Shown here piece by piece: positions 11,267 to 23,093 of a DNA stretch of 64,000 nucleotides; position 1 is the stretch's first letter; each line of letters begins with the position of its first letter. The notes under the pieces were generated by a model that worked only from the letters and a program-made list of their open reading frames with translations, was not told where the DNA came from and made no database searches. The DNA lies in assembly GCF_038025025.1 (NCBI RefSeq), contig NW_027117343.1, positions 1,364,001-1,428,000 on the forward strand. Direction: 5' to 3'. Source of the stretch: Phyllosticta citribraziliensis. Lineage: Eukaryota. The translations under genes were made by a program, and so were the position numbers.

Positions 11267-12979
11267 TTACGCAGCAGTGTACGCAGGGGGCGCATCCAAT
11301 TCGTCTTCCATGCGCCTCTCCCAGAATGACCCAGCGTCACTGCTGCCCGTCGCGCGAGCCTCTCGTTCCTTTTCATCGCGCACTTTGCGCGCAATCTCAG
11401 TCGCCATCTTCATCATCCAAGCCTGTTCAAGAATGCTTCCCGACGCAGGCACGTCGCCGTATGGGAGCGCCGATCCCTGGAGACGGCCACTGGACGACGA
11501 GGGTGACGTGTACGAGTGGGCAAACGGCTTCTTGACATCGCGGATATGAGGGCGTACCGGAACGCTCGAGGTGGATGCGTGCTGGAGTGATGGACGAGAC
11601 GCGGACTGCTCGGTTTCGGGGGTTGCTTGAACTTCTTGAAGCTTCGAGCTCGCAGAGATTGGCGCCTTTTCGATGCTGTTGCGCCTAGTCTGCGTGCCAG
11701 ATTCGCGGGGCGGAGATTGAGGCGGCGTGACCAAATCTTCCTCCCGTTCCTCATGGATGACGGACGAGCTGACCGAGGGCTCGAGCGAAGACTCGGGCGC
11801 CTCGGAGGCTGTCGTACTCGCGTCGTCGGCAACCGTCTTGTCCTTGCGGAGATTGACAATCCTCCTCTTCCTCTTTCTCTGCGCATGTGCTCGCGATCTC
11901 CCAGCCCCCAATCCCAGACTGTTGTACGCCGAGTTGGAGCTTGAGTAGGTGGGTCTCGAAGAAATGCTACCGTCATCAGTGCCTTCTGAAACACTGCCAG
12001 CGCTTGGTGTCGTGTTTCCAGCAAAATGAACGCGTGACAAGGAGGACTGCGTGAGGGGCGAAATGTGCGGCGTGGACGGTTCTGCGCGTTCGGCTGAGCC
12101 AGCCCAAGCGCGGAAGACGGCATCGCGAATGGACGGAGTGAAGAGCGAGAGCGTTCGGTTGGAGTCGTTCAACGCGGCGAGCCGCAGGAGATTCTTTTGA
12201 GAAAACGATGCGTGAATCTCGGCTTCCGGGTCGAGGGACAAGTTTGAGATTTGGCTATCGTCCAACGGATTGCCGTAAGCATCGATGGGGTATTGCGGCG
12301 GACTGGCAAAGGGATCGACCGGTGCCGGAGTGCTTGTGCCGCTGTTGCTCTTGGTGTTGATGACCTTTTCGTCCATTTCTTGGTACTCTGGAGACCAAAG
12401 CCGCAACGACAGTCTGTGCAGAATCGCTGGGAGATCCTCCATGAACAGCACTCGCAGCTGCTTCTCGATTTCCTTTTGAAGATAATCTCTGACAAAAGGA
12501 ATGGAGTCGAATGTGGACGAGACCTTGAGCGACTCGAGGGGGTCGTTCCGGAACACCAACGTGAGGCCCTTGTGCCGCGAAAAGACCAAGATAACAAAGC
12601 CCGACAACCGGATATCGGACAAGGTGATTTGGAGCGGAATCGTCAGCCCATCAGCGGCGGCGAGAGGCTGTGGTGACGCAAAAGAAGGCTTTGTCGACAG
12701 GTAGGTGTTGAGTGGATTGGCCTGCACGCGAGTCTTCAAGGTCAAAAAGGCGTCGCCCGAGTACGTCATTTTGAAGATGCCGCGAAAGCGGTCCTCGGCC
12801 AAGTCTCCAATCTCCAAAATCTCGAGTTCTGGCGGGACGGCGCCGAGATTGAGCTCGGTGACGATGATGTCGTCAACGATGATCGGCGGCTTCGGCGACT
12901 TGTTCAGCGCGGCTGTCAGCATCTCGCGGGCTCGAGACGTGTCCGCGATCAGCGGCGACCAGTTGAAGTTGAAGGCCAT
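11267..12979 (-). CDS. MDM34: ERMES subunit Mdm34 (SMP domain)
   Basis: MAFNFNW start, [41 protein letters not shown]-terminal PPAY motif; single exon. Confidence 0.95.
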   Translation of the reverse strand: MAFNFNWSPLIADTSRAREMLTAALNKSPKPPIIVDDIIVTELNLGAVPPELEILEIGDLAEDRFRGIFKMTYSGDAFLTLKTRVQANPLNTYLSTKPSFASPQPLAAADGLTIPLQITLSDIRLSGFVILVFSRHKGLTLVFRNDPLESLKVSSTFDSIPFVRDYLQKEIEKQLRVLFMEDLPAILHRLSLRLWSPEYQEMDEKVINTKSNSGTSTPAPVDPFASPPQYPIDAYGNPLDDSQISNLSLDPEAEIHASFSQKNLLRLAALNDSNRTLSLFTPSIRDAVFRAWAGSAERAEPSTPHISPLTQSSLSRVHFAGNTTPSAGSVSEGTDDGSISSRPTYSSSNSAYNSLGLGAGRSRAHAQRKRKRRIVNLRKDKTVADDASTTASEAPESSLEPSVSSSVIHEEREEDLVTPPQSPPRESGTQTRRNSIEKAPISASSKLQEVQATPETEQSASRPSLQHASTSSVPVRPHIRDVKKPFAHSYTSPSSSSGRLQGSALPYGDVPASGSILEQAWMMKMATEIARKVRDEKEREARATGSSDAGSFWERRMEDELDAPPAYTAA

Positions 12980-14817
12980 GGTGGTGTTCTCGCGGCGGTC
13001 GACGTTGGGCGTTGAAGCGCAGGGTCTGCAGACGAGACGAGTAGAGAGGTTGGGTGGATGGTGGTTATCTAGTGTGTCGCGTGCCGCATGCCGTGGTCAT
13101 AGCTAGCAAGGCCGGGGGTCTGGATGCGAGTGGCTGGTGGTGGGCGGCAGTCGAGTGTTGTTGATGGCGGGATGACAGGAGTGCGAGAGAGGTGTGTTTG
13201 GTGTGACGAAAGACTGGGCGGACGATGTTTATGGTGGTGACGGAGTCTTGGTGCGGAGGCGTCGAGCAAGATTTGCAAACGGCTGGGTCGCTCGCTTGAC
13301 GCGAGTGATCCCGCGCCGGGTGAAATGACTTCGGTTCCTTGCTGAGTCCAACAACACCGTTCACCTTGCGCCCCGTCTCCAGACCATCTGCCAGCACAGC
13401 GCCAGTGTGAAGTCATCCTGCCGCCGGCTTCAGTCCCATCCTCGGTCGCTTGAGACGGACCCATCAACCGGCGATCACTCCTTTGCCTTTGACAGGGCTA
13501 CCTCCACCTCGAGCTCCTCCTCTCCGGGACCCAAGTTCTAGTCGCATGTCAAATGAAGGCTGCGGATCAACATGCCCGCACAGACACCTGCTCGACTCGA
13601 CAACGGCGAACGGCCATGGCCCAGTCGGACCTCCTCGAATAATGTCCAATTCAAAGACAGACCCCACGCGTGGTTATCGACTGACGAGCAGGAAGCCTCC
13701 CGCGGTCATGCGCACACGACGGCCGCCTCTCACAGCCTCTGCCAATTCTTGTCTCGCCACGACCACGGGATACGGCGAGATCAATGTGGAGATGGACGTA
13801 TTCTAGCAAGCCCCGACGGCCTCTGCGGTTGTTCGGGAGGAAGCGGGCTTGCTAGCGCTTACCGGAACTATTGGCAACCTACAATTCCTGGACTACCCGG
13901 CGACGCCTCGTCGTGTTTTTGCCGTGATTGTGCTAACTCGCCTGGTGCAGAGCGTCTTTTGAGTAAGTCATTGCTGAGTTGTGTCTGTTGTGGTGAATGG
14001 AGTCGAGTCAACTCTGAAATCATTCTCTAAAATCGCTCTCCTATCCTTGTCTCCAAACAGCCCTATACTATCCTACACCAAGAGCCGCCTCGCGTCACCA
14101 TGCCAAAGAAACGTCGAAACCCCAAACAAAATCTGCAAAACTCGATCCCAGCCACCCATACCCTTTCTCCAGCAACACAGCAAGCAGCCTATCTGGCGCA
14201 CCCTGGTACCTGGCATGCCCGCCCGCTCTCCCGCCCCGCCCCGCCGTCCGTCCCTCGGACACCGGCGCGGGTGGTTCCACGGGCCAACCGACGCGGACCC
14301 TGGACAACGCACAGGACGGGCAGCTACTACAGGGAACGAGCCGACGCGGACGAACGGACGAGCGTGGACGAGCGTGGACGAGCATGTGGTGTTGGCGAAG
14401 TGTTTGCTTGTCTGCCTTGCCATTTCGACCTGTCGGTGTCCGAGTGACGGGATGGGAGGGGACGAGACAGGACGGACGATTCTTCTCGCAGCTGCTCGTT
14501 GTCCGGGGCGAGGCGCAAAGAGATGCGGGGAAAGAGATGGGAGGAGGGCATTCATGGGGCTTGAGCTTATATTAGGTAGATAGGAGGAAGTGGTGGCAGG
14601 GCATGCATGAGTTGAGTTGGATGAGGGGTAGAAAGAATTAAAGAGAGGTACGTGGGTAGATAAAGTAGGCGGGCAAGTAGGTAAGTAGGTAGGTAGATTG
14701 GTTGGAGAATTGGTTTGGTAGATAGACGGGAATATAGGTTGGTAGGTAGGTAGGCAAGGGATAGATACATCCAACAAGCACCACTCACTCCTCGCGCCTG
14801 TCTGTCTCCGCTGGCAC

Positions 14818-16569
14818 CTACCCACCACTACCGCCGCCCCCTCCTCCATCACGCCAAGCGCGCCTCTGCTCCATGCGCTGCTTTGTCGCTTCGACGACAT
14901 GTTTCGGCAGGTTCGGCATGCGCAGCCCCTCGCGTGCCGTCTTGTCGTCGGCATCGTCTCCAGGCGGCTGGGCGGGGCTGTCATCCGCGCAGTCGGCCTG
15001 TCCCTCGACCGGCGCCTCCTCCTCTCCCTCGTCGTCCCGAGGAGGCGTGGTGGCTGCAATCTCGTAGCGCGTAGGCGGCAGGCCGACGGCGGGGCAAATG
15101 TCCGAGGGCAGATGCGTGCCCTGCGTGATGTGGAACGTGTTGCGGGCGTCGAGCTCGTCTGCTGGCGTCAGTACATGAAAGTCACGCGTCCAAGTGGATT
15201 AGAGAAGATGGCAACGCACCCTGATAAATCTTGTCCAGCTTCTTGGCCGCCTCGCGCGCAATGGCTTCCATCTTGCGCTCGACCTGGCGGCGCCGCTCCA
15301 TCTCGGCGACGAGCCCGTCGTACGCGTCCAAGAAGCCGTCGTAAAACTCGCGCAGGCCTTCGAGCGCGAGCACGCCCTCTTCTATGCGCGACTTTTCCTC
15401 GCCCCATTTGGCCTGGAAGGCGCGGCACGCGTCCAGGTAGGTGGGGATTTCCTTGCTAGTGTCTTTGAGCAGCCTGTACACGGCGAGGAGAGCCGTGTAA
15501 AAGGATTGTAGCGAGTCGATGTGCGCCGACATGCCAGACGCCAGCGCTTCCATGTCGGACACTCGATCCCGTATCTCGGCCACGACGTCGTCGACTTCGG
15601 TTGCGTCGTTGGCTAGGACGGCGAGCATGTCGGCACGCTCGGCCTCGGTAAGAGGGGCAGCCGGGGGCGCGTCGGACTGCAGGCTGGCTACGTCGAGGGA
15701 GAGTTGGTGCAGGTTGACTTGGAGGTTTGGGTCCATGTCTGGCGGGAGGTCGGCGCCAGTGGGGATGGGCGATTCGGTCGAAGTTGCGCGCGTCGCGGCT
15801 TCATTGCCGCCTTCGGTGTGCTTGAGCGCCGTCACGCAGAGATCGTAATGGCTGACGAGGGACTGGAGGAGCGACGCAGTCTCTGTTGCGTGGGATTCGA
15901 GCGAGTGGAAGGATTCGGGGAGTGGAGAGGGAGCGTTGAGGACGGAGACCTCTGGACAGGCGGTCATGGCGTCTTGAAGCCGTCCGATGGAAGCATCAAA
16001 TGCATCAATAGTATCGCCAAGCGCTGAATCGGCTTCATTTGTGCGATCGATGCATTGTCGAAGTGAGGCCTCGAGCTGGTCGACGTTGGACGAGTCTATA
16101 AAGTCAAAGAGGAACTTTTGAGGAGTTCCTGGGGTCTGAAGTTCGGGATGAATTAGGTTATCACGTAGAGTCTGTAAAGTGGAATGCAGACTATGTGAAG
16201 ATTCGTCGAGGCTGTTAAGGAGGGCCTGTACGAGTCAGTTGACTGCGGAGCTGAGTTGGACGAATTCCAAAACACCTTGAATTCGGAGCTCCCCTCCAAG
16301 CCCACGAGCTCGATTCCGTAGCGCAGAGCCTTGAGCGTCTTGAGCTGCTCGTCTATGGCTTTGCGCAAAAAGGAGCTCTTGCTGCTGAGGACAGCGTCAT
16401 CCTCGAGCAGCTGACGGGCCTGGGTGACGACCTCGTTTGCGCGCCAGACGTGGTGAATGGAGGAGAGGGCGCGCTTCGCGTTGACGAAATGAGTGACGAG
16501 CTGCTCAAGAGACGGCGGGCTCGCGTCTAGGCTGCCAGCGGAGGCAGCCGGCGACTGGGGCGATGCCAT
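14818..16569 (-). CDS. ATG17: Autophagy scaffold Atg17, 3 exons
   Basis: N-terminal LVTHFVNAKRALSS..HVWRANEVV, then LLQSLVSHYDLCVTALKHTEGG and AYDGLVAEMERRR; last exon F...QGTHLPSDICP; TAG at 14818-14820. Confidence 0.9.
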
Positions 16570-17324
16570 GATGGCGGCAAAGGCTACGGTGTCACATCAA
16601 GGAGGGAGGATGTGTCGGGATGGGTGGTGAGATGGGCGATGCATGGCGGGGTGTTGAGCAACGGGTGTGGTGTTGAGGTTGGCGGTCAGGTCAGCGGGCG
16701 GACTTGATAACGGCGGACCTACCCTGGCGCTGGCACGCGACCAACCATGGATGGCAGCACAAACAGCAAGTGGTGGACGCAGCTCAAAGTGTTTACCAAC
16801 AGTTCAGTAGTATGATCATAAGAGATCTGGCGTGGATTGTGCCGGTTTCGGATTGTCTAAACCTCGTTGTATACAAGGTACCTAGCTATAGTGTAGATCC
16901 TCACCACGACTCAGATGAAAGCACCTAGCAGAGAAGCTGGCGGTCAGGTGTCCGGTGGCCATGGCGCGACAGTGGACCGGGCTTCTCCACTTGTTGGTGT
17001 ATTATTAAAAAGCTGAAGGAGAAGCACAGAACCATCAGGGTGTTTGCCACGATCCAGACGTCGTGGGCTGCTTTGTCATTGAACAAAAGCCATCCTTGTC
17101 TGGTGACGAAGTGGATTGTCGACTGCCCGTGGCTCGTGCATCTTCCCCAGGAAAAGGAATCTTGGCTGGAGGGAATCTCGATGGGCATGCTGCTCCTCCC
17201 GCTGCTCGTCCGGGGCACAGGGAATGGACGCAAAGGCTGAAATTGGAAACGAAACAACAGCGGTGTCGGATGCGGGACGCGCAAAAAGTCTTGTGCTGGT
17301 TGCGATGGGCATGGATTCCGCTGC

Positions 17325-17345
17325 GATGGCGCACCCGCACGTGAC
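17325..17345. promoter_or_regulatory. Adjacent CYS-3/MetR-like bZIP near-match (GATGGCGCAC) and Cbf1-type E-box (GTCACGTG on minus) in the ATG17/sconB intergenic region
   Basis: Motifs read directly at 17325-17334 and 17338-17345. Function is inferred from the known sulfur-regulon architecture. Confidence 0.35.
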
Positions 17346-17779
17346 GGCCAAAAGACGGCGCGGCGGGACCGGGACCCAAGCGGCGAGCACGCAATAAGCG
17401 TCAGGTCGCAGACTGAGGTGGACGTGAGCTGCCACCCAAAGACAAGACATTGCGCCACGCCCTCCCACAGGCTCATCATCACCACCACCTCTTCCTCCTC
17501 AACCCACTCGACGCCCTCGCGCCAACCTTGGCCCTCCCCCTCGCTCTCCTCAGCCGAAACCGTCCGCACCCTAGTCTCATTGCACCACCGTTGCGAATCA
17601 CCCTGGCCCGTTGCCTCGCCGAGCTTCCATCAACACCCTGACCTCCGCATCTCGCACGCCATCGCCTCTGCCAATCTCGACACCCGACAGCGCATGGCCT
17701 GAACCACGGTCCACTCGAGTATTCCTACAAGACTGCTCATCCCCTGCTCTCGCTTCCCCGCCTCATCCTCCTCCACATC

Positions 17780-20090
17780 ATGTCCGCCAACTCGCAACCG
17801 CCTTCGCTATTCCACGACCCTCACCACCACCGCCGGCGCCTGTCGCTGCGCCATCCTCCCCAGGCCATGGCCGACGTCAGCCTCGTCGATGCTGCCTTGG
17901 ACTCGCCCAACGCCCACGACCATGACCACGACCACTCGCGTCCGCGGACCCGACATGCACAGGGCAGTCCCAAGGCCGACATCAAAGACGACGCCATTTC
18001 AATATCTTCGACAAGCAAGCAGGCCGTCCAGACCATCCAGCCTTTTCTGGCCCAACACGTTCCCAACCAGTATAACCCTCTCGGACCCCAGCCGCAACCA
18101 CCATTTGCCATGGACCGCTCCACTGCAAAATCCAACACAAAGTACTGTTACAGACATAGACCTGATATAAAGTGCAGAAGACAGGCCAATGAGCCCTCCA
18201 TGGAACAGCTCCAAAAGGTAAACCCGCCCATGCCCAACTGTGTTCCCTAGCTAACAGGACCAGGAACTCGCGAGCTTATCGCAGTCCGACCAGCAAGGCA
18301 TCGCCCATGTGTGGTCTCTCTTTTCCGCCGCTCCGGCCAAACACCGACAGCTCATGCTCCAGGGCATCCTCGCCCAGTGCTGTTTTCCCCAACTCTCGTT
18401 CGTGGCCGCCTCGGTCCGTGACTTGATCAAGATCGATTTCGTCTCAGCCTTGCCCCCCGAACTCGCCTTCAAAATCTTGTGCTACCTCGACACCACTTCC
18501 CTCTGCAAAGCCTCCCAAGTTAGCCAACGCTGGAGGCAACTTGCCGATGACGATGTCGTGTGGCACAAAATGTGCGAGCAACACATTGATCGCAAGTGCA
18601 CCAAGTGTGGCTGGGGACTCCCACTGCTAGAGGCCAAGAGATTGCGAACCGAAAAGAGACAAATGCAGCTGCGCGCCACTGGTCGGGGCTTGAACGAGTG
18701 GTCTCCCTCCATCAGCCCACTTCCAGCCGATAACGAAGCGAGCAGCGTCAGCCGAGCGCCCGAGGCCTCAAGCAGTCTGAAGCGCCGAGGTTCGGAAGAA
18801 GAAGCTGGATCTTCAAAGCGCCAGTGCCAGTCTGGACCCAGCGCAAATTCGCAAGATTCCTACTTTCAGCAGCGCACCAAGCGTCCGTGGAAGGAGGTCT
18901 ACAAGGACCGCTTCAAAGTGGGGACCAACTGGAAGTATGGCCGCTGCACGACCAAAGTTCTACGCGGTCACACAAACGGCATCATGTGTTTGCAATTTGA
19001 CGACAGTATCATTGCGACTGGTTCCTACGACGCTACCATCAAAATCTGGGACATTGAGTCGGGCAAGGAAATTCGAACTTTGACTGGACACACGGCCGGC
19101 GTTCGCTGCCTGCAATTCGAGGACAACCGTCTTTTTAGCGCTGGTCTCGATCGCACCGTCAAGCTGTGGAACTGGAAGACTGGAGAGCTATTGCGCACCT
19201 TGTCGGGGCACAGTGGCGGCATTGTCACGCTGCATTCGGCCAACAACATCCTTGCCACGGGTTCCATGGACCACACCATTCGCGTGTGGAACTTTCCGGA
19301 CAAGGCCACCTTCAACCTGAAGGGGCACACTGACTGGGTCAATTCGGTTAGGATTGACCCTGCGTCGCGCACCATCTTCTCCGCCTCGGACGACTGCACC
19401 GCGCGTATTTGGGACCTCGACACTAAGCGCTGCCTCAAGGTTTTCAAGGGCCATGTCGGCCAAGTTCAGCAAGTCGTCTTGATGCCGCCCGAATTTGAGC
19501 TTGACGAGGAAGAAACGGACCCGCACTCGGATGTTGAGCAAGAGCCAGAGCCCGAGACCCCAGAAGACTTTTTCAGCGTCACCACTCCTCCGCACAGCAG
19601 CACGAGCGATGAAGCGCGACCTTTTTTCGCGGACCAGCCGCAACGGCCCCAACCGCCGCGCTACATGATAACCGGCGCCCTGGACGGCACCATCCGGCTA
19701 TGGAGCGTCGCCACGGGCCGCTGCCTGCGCAAATTCTTCGGCCACGTCGAGGGCGTGTGGGCCGTCGCCGCCGACACGCTGCGCCTCGTCTCTGGCGCCG
19801 AAGACCGCATGGTCAAGGTGTGGGATCCGCGGACGGGCCAGCACGAGCGCACCTTCACCGGCCACCAAGGCCCCGTCACCTGCGTCGGCCTCAGCGACTC
19901 GCGCCTCGTCTCCGCCGGCGAGGACTGCGAGGTCCGCGTCATGAGCTTCGGCTGCGGCGCAGACCACTCGCCAAAGGCGCTGCAGGACGTCTCCGGCGGC
20001 AACGGTGGTCCGGTCGTCGAGGAAGCGGGCGTCGAGGAGTCGACAGACGATGACCAGGCTCCCACACCCACGCCTGCGCCTGCGGCGTGA
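17780..20090 (+). CDS. sconB: F-box/WD40 sulfur controller (SconB/SCON-2/Met30)
   Basis: [14 protein letters not shown] motif, intron 18218-18263, F-box [39 protein letters not shown], multiple GH..WD repeats. Start could alternatively be 17867. Confidence 0.95.
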
Positions 20091-21185
20091 TTTTGATCTT
20101 TCGTGTATCTCTACTTGTTCTCTTTTGTCACATCACATAACCTCCCAGATTTTTAGCAGCACGGTGTTGAACGGACCTTTTTTTCTTTTCACGGCTTCAA
20201 CGGACGGATGGACGGACGGACGGAGCGAGCGGATCACCACCTACTTGGCTTGGCACGGCATGGCATGGCATGGAATGGGATGTACGGCACTGGGTTATTA
20301 TTGGGCACGGCTATGGCGAGATACGGTCTCTGTTTCCTGACCTTGGGTTTCTCCTTTTTTCATTCCTCTTGATTGCTTCCAACTCACCCCCAAAAAAAAG
20401 TATAGCGGTACTGTACTTTTTTTTTTCTCAAGCTAAAATACCCCCTCATCTCTTGTTTCCTTTTTTTCTTTTTTCTTTTTTCGTTGGTAGCTGGTCTGGT
20501 CTGGTCTGGTGTAGTGTAGCAAGCTGAAGCAAGGTTGTCGGTCATGGAGGTGTGAGCATGCTGTGGTGCTGTGTGGTAGCTACATAGCTAGCTACATCGG
20601 CTAGCGGGCTATAGGGTGAGGTGTTGCTGAATGAATGGCTGTGCTATTTTTCAACTTGGTTTGGTTTTGTGTGGTGGTGGTGAGGCAGGTGTGGCATTGC
20701 TTGCTTCACGTGCAGTGGTAAAAGTAGCACCCAGGCATAGGTAGGCGGGGGTGGTAGCGGAGTGGTGTGGCGCAGAGCGGGGGTTTAGAGCTACTACTAC
20801 TCTAACACCTACTTCTACAATGCCACGCGTCGGCCATCACGGCGTAGTCAGCACAGGCAAGGAGAGTACAGAAAGACAGACAGCCAGATAGACAGTCAGA
20901 CAGACAAATCGCATAGCTGTAATGAAGAACAAAAGTGCCAGCCGGCCGCTCGTAATCCCAAGTCTCAGGTCCCAATATCAGTTCCAATTCCAGTGCCGCT
21001 CACGCGCTGACGTGACGTGCTGGCATACATGAAAGCCCTCTTCCCAAGTCTTGCTTGCTCTTCCAATCTACAGGTAACTACACACGCATGGACAAAGTGG
21101 CTCGCCTCCATCGACCGCCGGGCTCCACTACAGCCCACCCCCTCACAACACCGAAACCAAACCCAAAACCCAGGCCCAAGCCCTC

Positions 21186-22442
21186 TCACACCGCGCCCGC
21201 CGGCGGCGCCTCCTCATAATGCTGCCGCAGCGCCTGCGGCACATCATCATCGTCGTCGTGCTGGCGCGCCGGCTCCGGCACCGAGACGCCACCCGTCCAG
21301 CCTTCCTCATCGTCCGGCGCCTTATTCCACTCGACCTGGCCGGTCGACAGCGTGCGCAGGATATTGGCCGAGAAGTGCGACAGCCGGGGGCAGCTGTGTT
21401 CGAGCGCGCGCATGTCGGCGGCCGAGGGGAACGTCGAGCGCAGCGTCTGGCGGCGCGGGTTCAGCACCGCCATGCTGAACTCGAGCGTCGGGTTGCCGAC
21501 GATCTCGACGCGCTCGAGCTCCGGGCACACGGCGAAGGCGTCGAGCAGGCGCCGCTTGCACGCCTCGTTCGGCTCCACTTCGACCGTCGCGCTGATCATG
21601 AGCAGCTCGCGGTGCCGCCGCAGCACGGCTTCGAGGTCGTCCAGCGTGAAGGTGTAGAGTGTCGTGTTTAGCGCGCGCAGGCCGTCTGGCGCGTTGGCGC
21701 CCGTCAGCGCGTCGACCAGCGCCCGCGCCGAGCTCTTGTGGAACGCGGCCACGCCCTCGACCTTGGCCTTGAACTCGTCGCCCGTGTCGTCCGAGACATT
21801 GGTCGGGTCCTCGGGGTCGTCGGTGGTGTCGGGCGCGGCGATGTTGAAGCTGCACATGACCAGGTTCTTGTTGATGAAGGTGGGCGGCTCGGCCGCGGGG
21901 ATGCGCCGCAGGAAGTCCTCGTCCTCGTGCCGGAACGTGTAGTTGAACTGCAGGAACATGAGCTGCTGCTCGCGCGCCCGCGCCGCCAGCTTGTTGCCGA
22001 CGGCCTCGAAGAAGCCCGGCCGCGCAAACACGTCCAGCAGGTGGATGGCCTTGAGCTCCTTGAGCTTGTCGAAGAAGACGAGCGCGTCCTCTTGCGCCTC
22101 CTTCGTGATGCCGCAGAGCAGCTGGCTGTACGCATCGAAACTCTTCAGGTGCGGCAGTGCGTCGGCGAGGGCGCTGAGGAAGCCTGCCGGATACCCCAGG
22201 CTGAACAGCTCGAGCGTCAGGCTCTCGATGCCTGGCGGCAGAGCGGGAATGGGCTGGAACGACTCGAGTTCTTTGGTGTATTCGTCCAGTTTGACGTCCG
22301 ACGTCAGTGTCAGCGCCTTGAGCCCCTGCGCCTCGGGCGGGAAAACGGGAAGCGCAAAAGTTTGGAGCGGAATCTGCGCGCCTTGAGCTTGCGCAGGGTC
22401 GACCGACCCCTCGGAGGCGGCATTGTCCTCGACTTCGGCCAT
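21186..22442 (-). CDS. Hypothetical protein with leucine-rich-repeat-like segments
   Basis: Long intronless ORF with strong C/G-ending codon bias; LxxLxL-like segments (GIESLTLEL, PHLKSFDAY, PELERVEIVG, CPRLSHFSAN); ACCATG start at 22442. Confidence 0.75.
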   Translation of the reverse strand: MAEVEDNAASEGSVDPAQAQGAQIPLQTFALPVFPPEAQGLKALTLTSDVKLDEYTKELESFQPIPALPPGIESLTLELFSLGYPAGFLSALADALPHLKSFDAYSQLLCGITKEAQEDALVFFDKLKELKAIHLLDVFARPGFFEAVGNKLAARAREQQLMFLQFNYTFRHEDEDFLRRIPAAEPPTFINKNLVMCSFNIAAPDTTDDPEDPTNVSDDTGDEFKAKVEGVAAFHKSSARALVDALTGANAPDGLRALNTTLYTFTLDDLEAVLRRHRELLMISATVEVEPNEACKRRLLDAFAVCPELERVEIVGNPTLEFSMAVLNPRRQTLRSTFPSAADMRALEHSCPRLSHFSANILRTLSTGQVEWNKAPDDEEGWTGGVSVPEPARQHDDDDDVPQALRQHYEEAPPAGAV

Positions 22443-23093
22443 GGTAGATTCCTGGTCCCGTTTGTCTGCTGGGTCAGCAAGAGGCAGAAGCACACACGTT
22501 TCGGCATGACGGCAGCAAGGGGGGGAAGTTGAGAATTAAAAGACGACTGTATTGCCTCCTCGTTCATCCTGGCCCCACGAGTAAACTAAGCGGGGTATGA
22601 CGGAGGATGGTGCGGGGAGCCTCTTTCTGGAGCATGGCCCCGTTGCGTCGAGGAACTGTCAGGCTTGACGTGTGCGGCGGGGACCCTGTCGAGCCAGTGC
22701 GGGGAAATGAAGAATCCAGGGTTCCATCTGACTCGCAGCTTTCTGTCCACGTGGTGTACATCTGTGCCTGAACTAGTAACAAAGAGCCGTTGCAACCTGA
22801 CGGCTTTTGCGTTGATTATCCAATGCTGATCAGCACGAGGGAGCTTTGTCCCACTGGAGAAATCAGAACCGATACCGTGGACGTTGGAATCATCGAGCGG
22901 CCGGCAACTGCGCCATACTGATTGGTAATTATGCTCCGAACATTCCAGCATTGTGCTTTCGAATTTGGGTCCGTCTACACATTGGCTCAAGCTCTGTTCC
23001 AGGGCTGCCAATCGTCGGCGCGAATTGTAAGCATGAAGCATCCGATGCAGCCGCAACTCCAAATCGTGAACGCTCGATGCACGACGAGGCGGC

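Noticed and set aside
11267..11290. Mdm34 C-terminal PPAY motif
   Set aside because: Already known as an Rsp5-binding PY motif in yeast Mdm34; not novel.
14073..15059. 328-aa minus ORF
   Set aside because: Out-of-frame overlap of the last ATG17 exon running into (TAGG)n microsatellite-rich 3' sequence.
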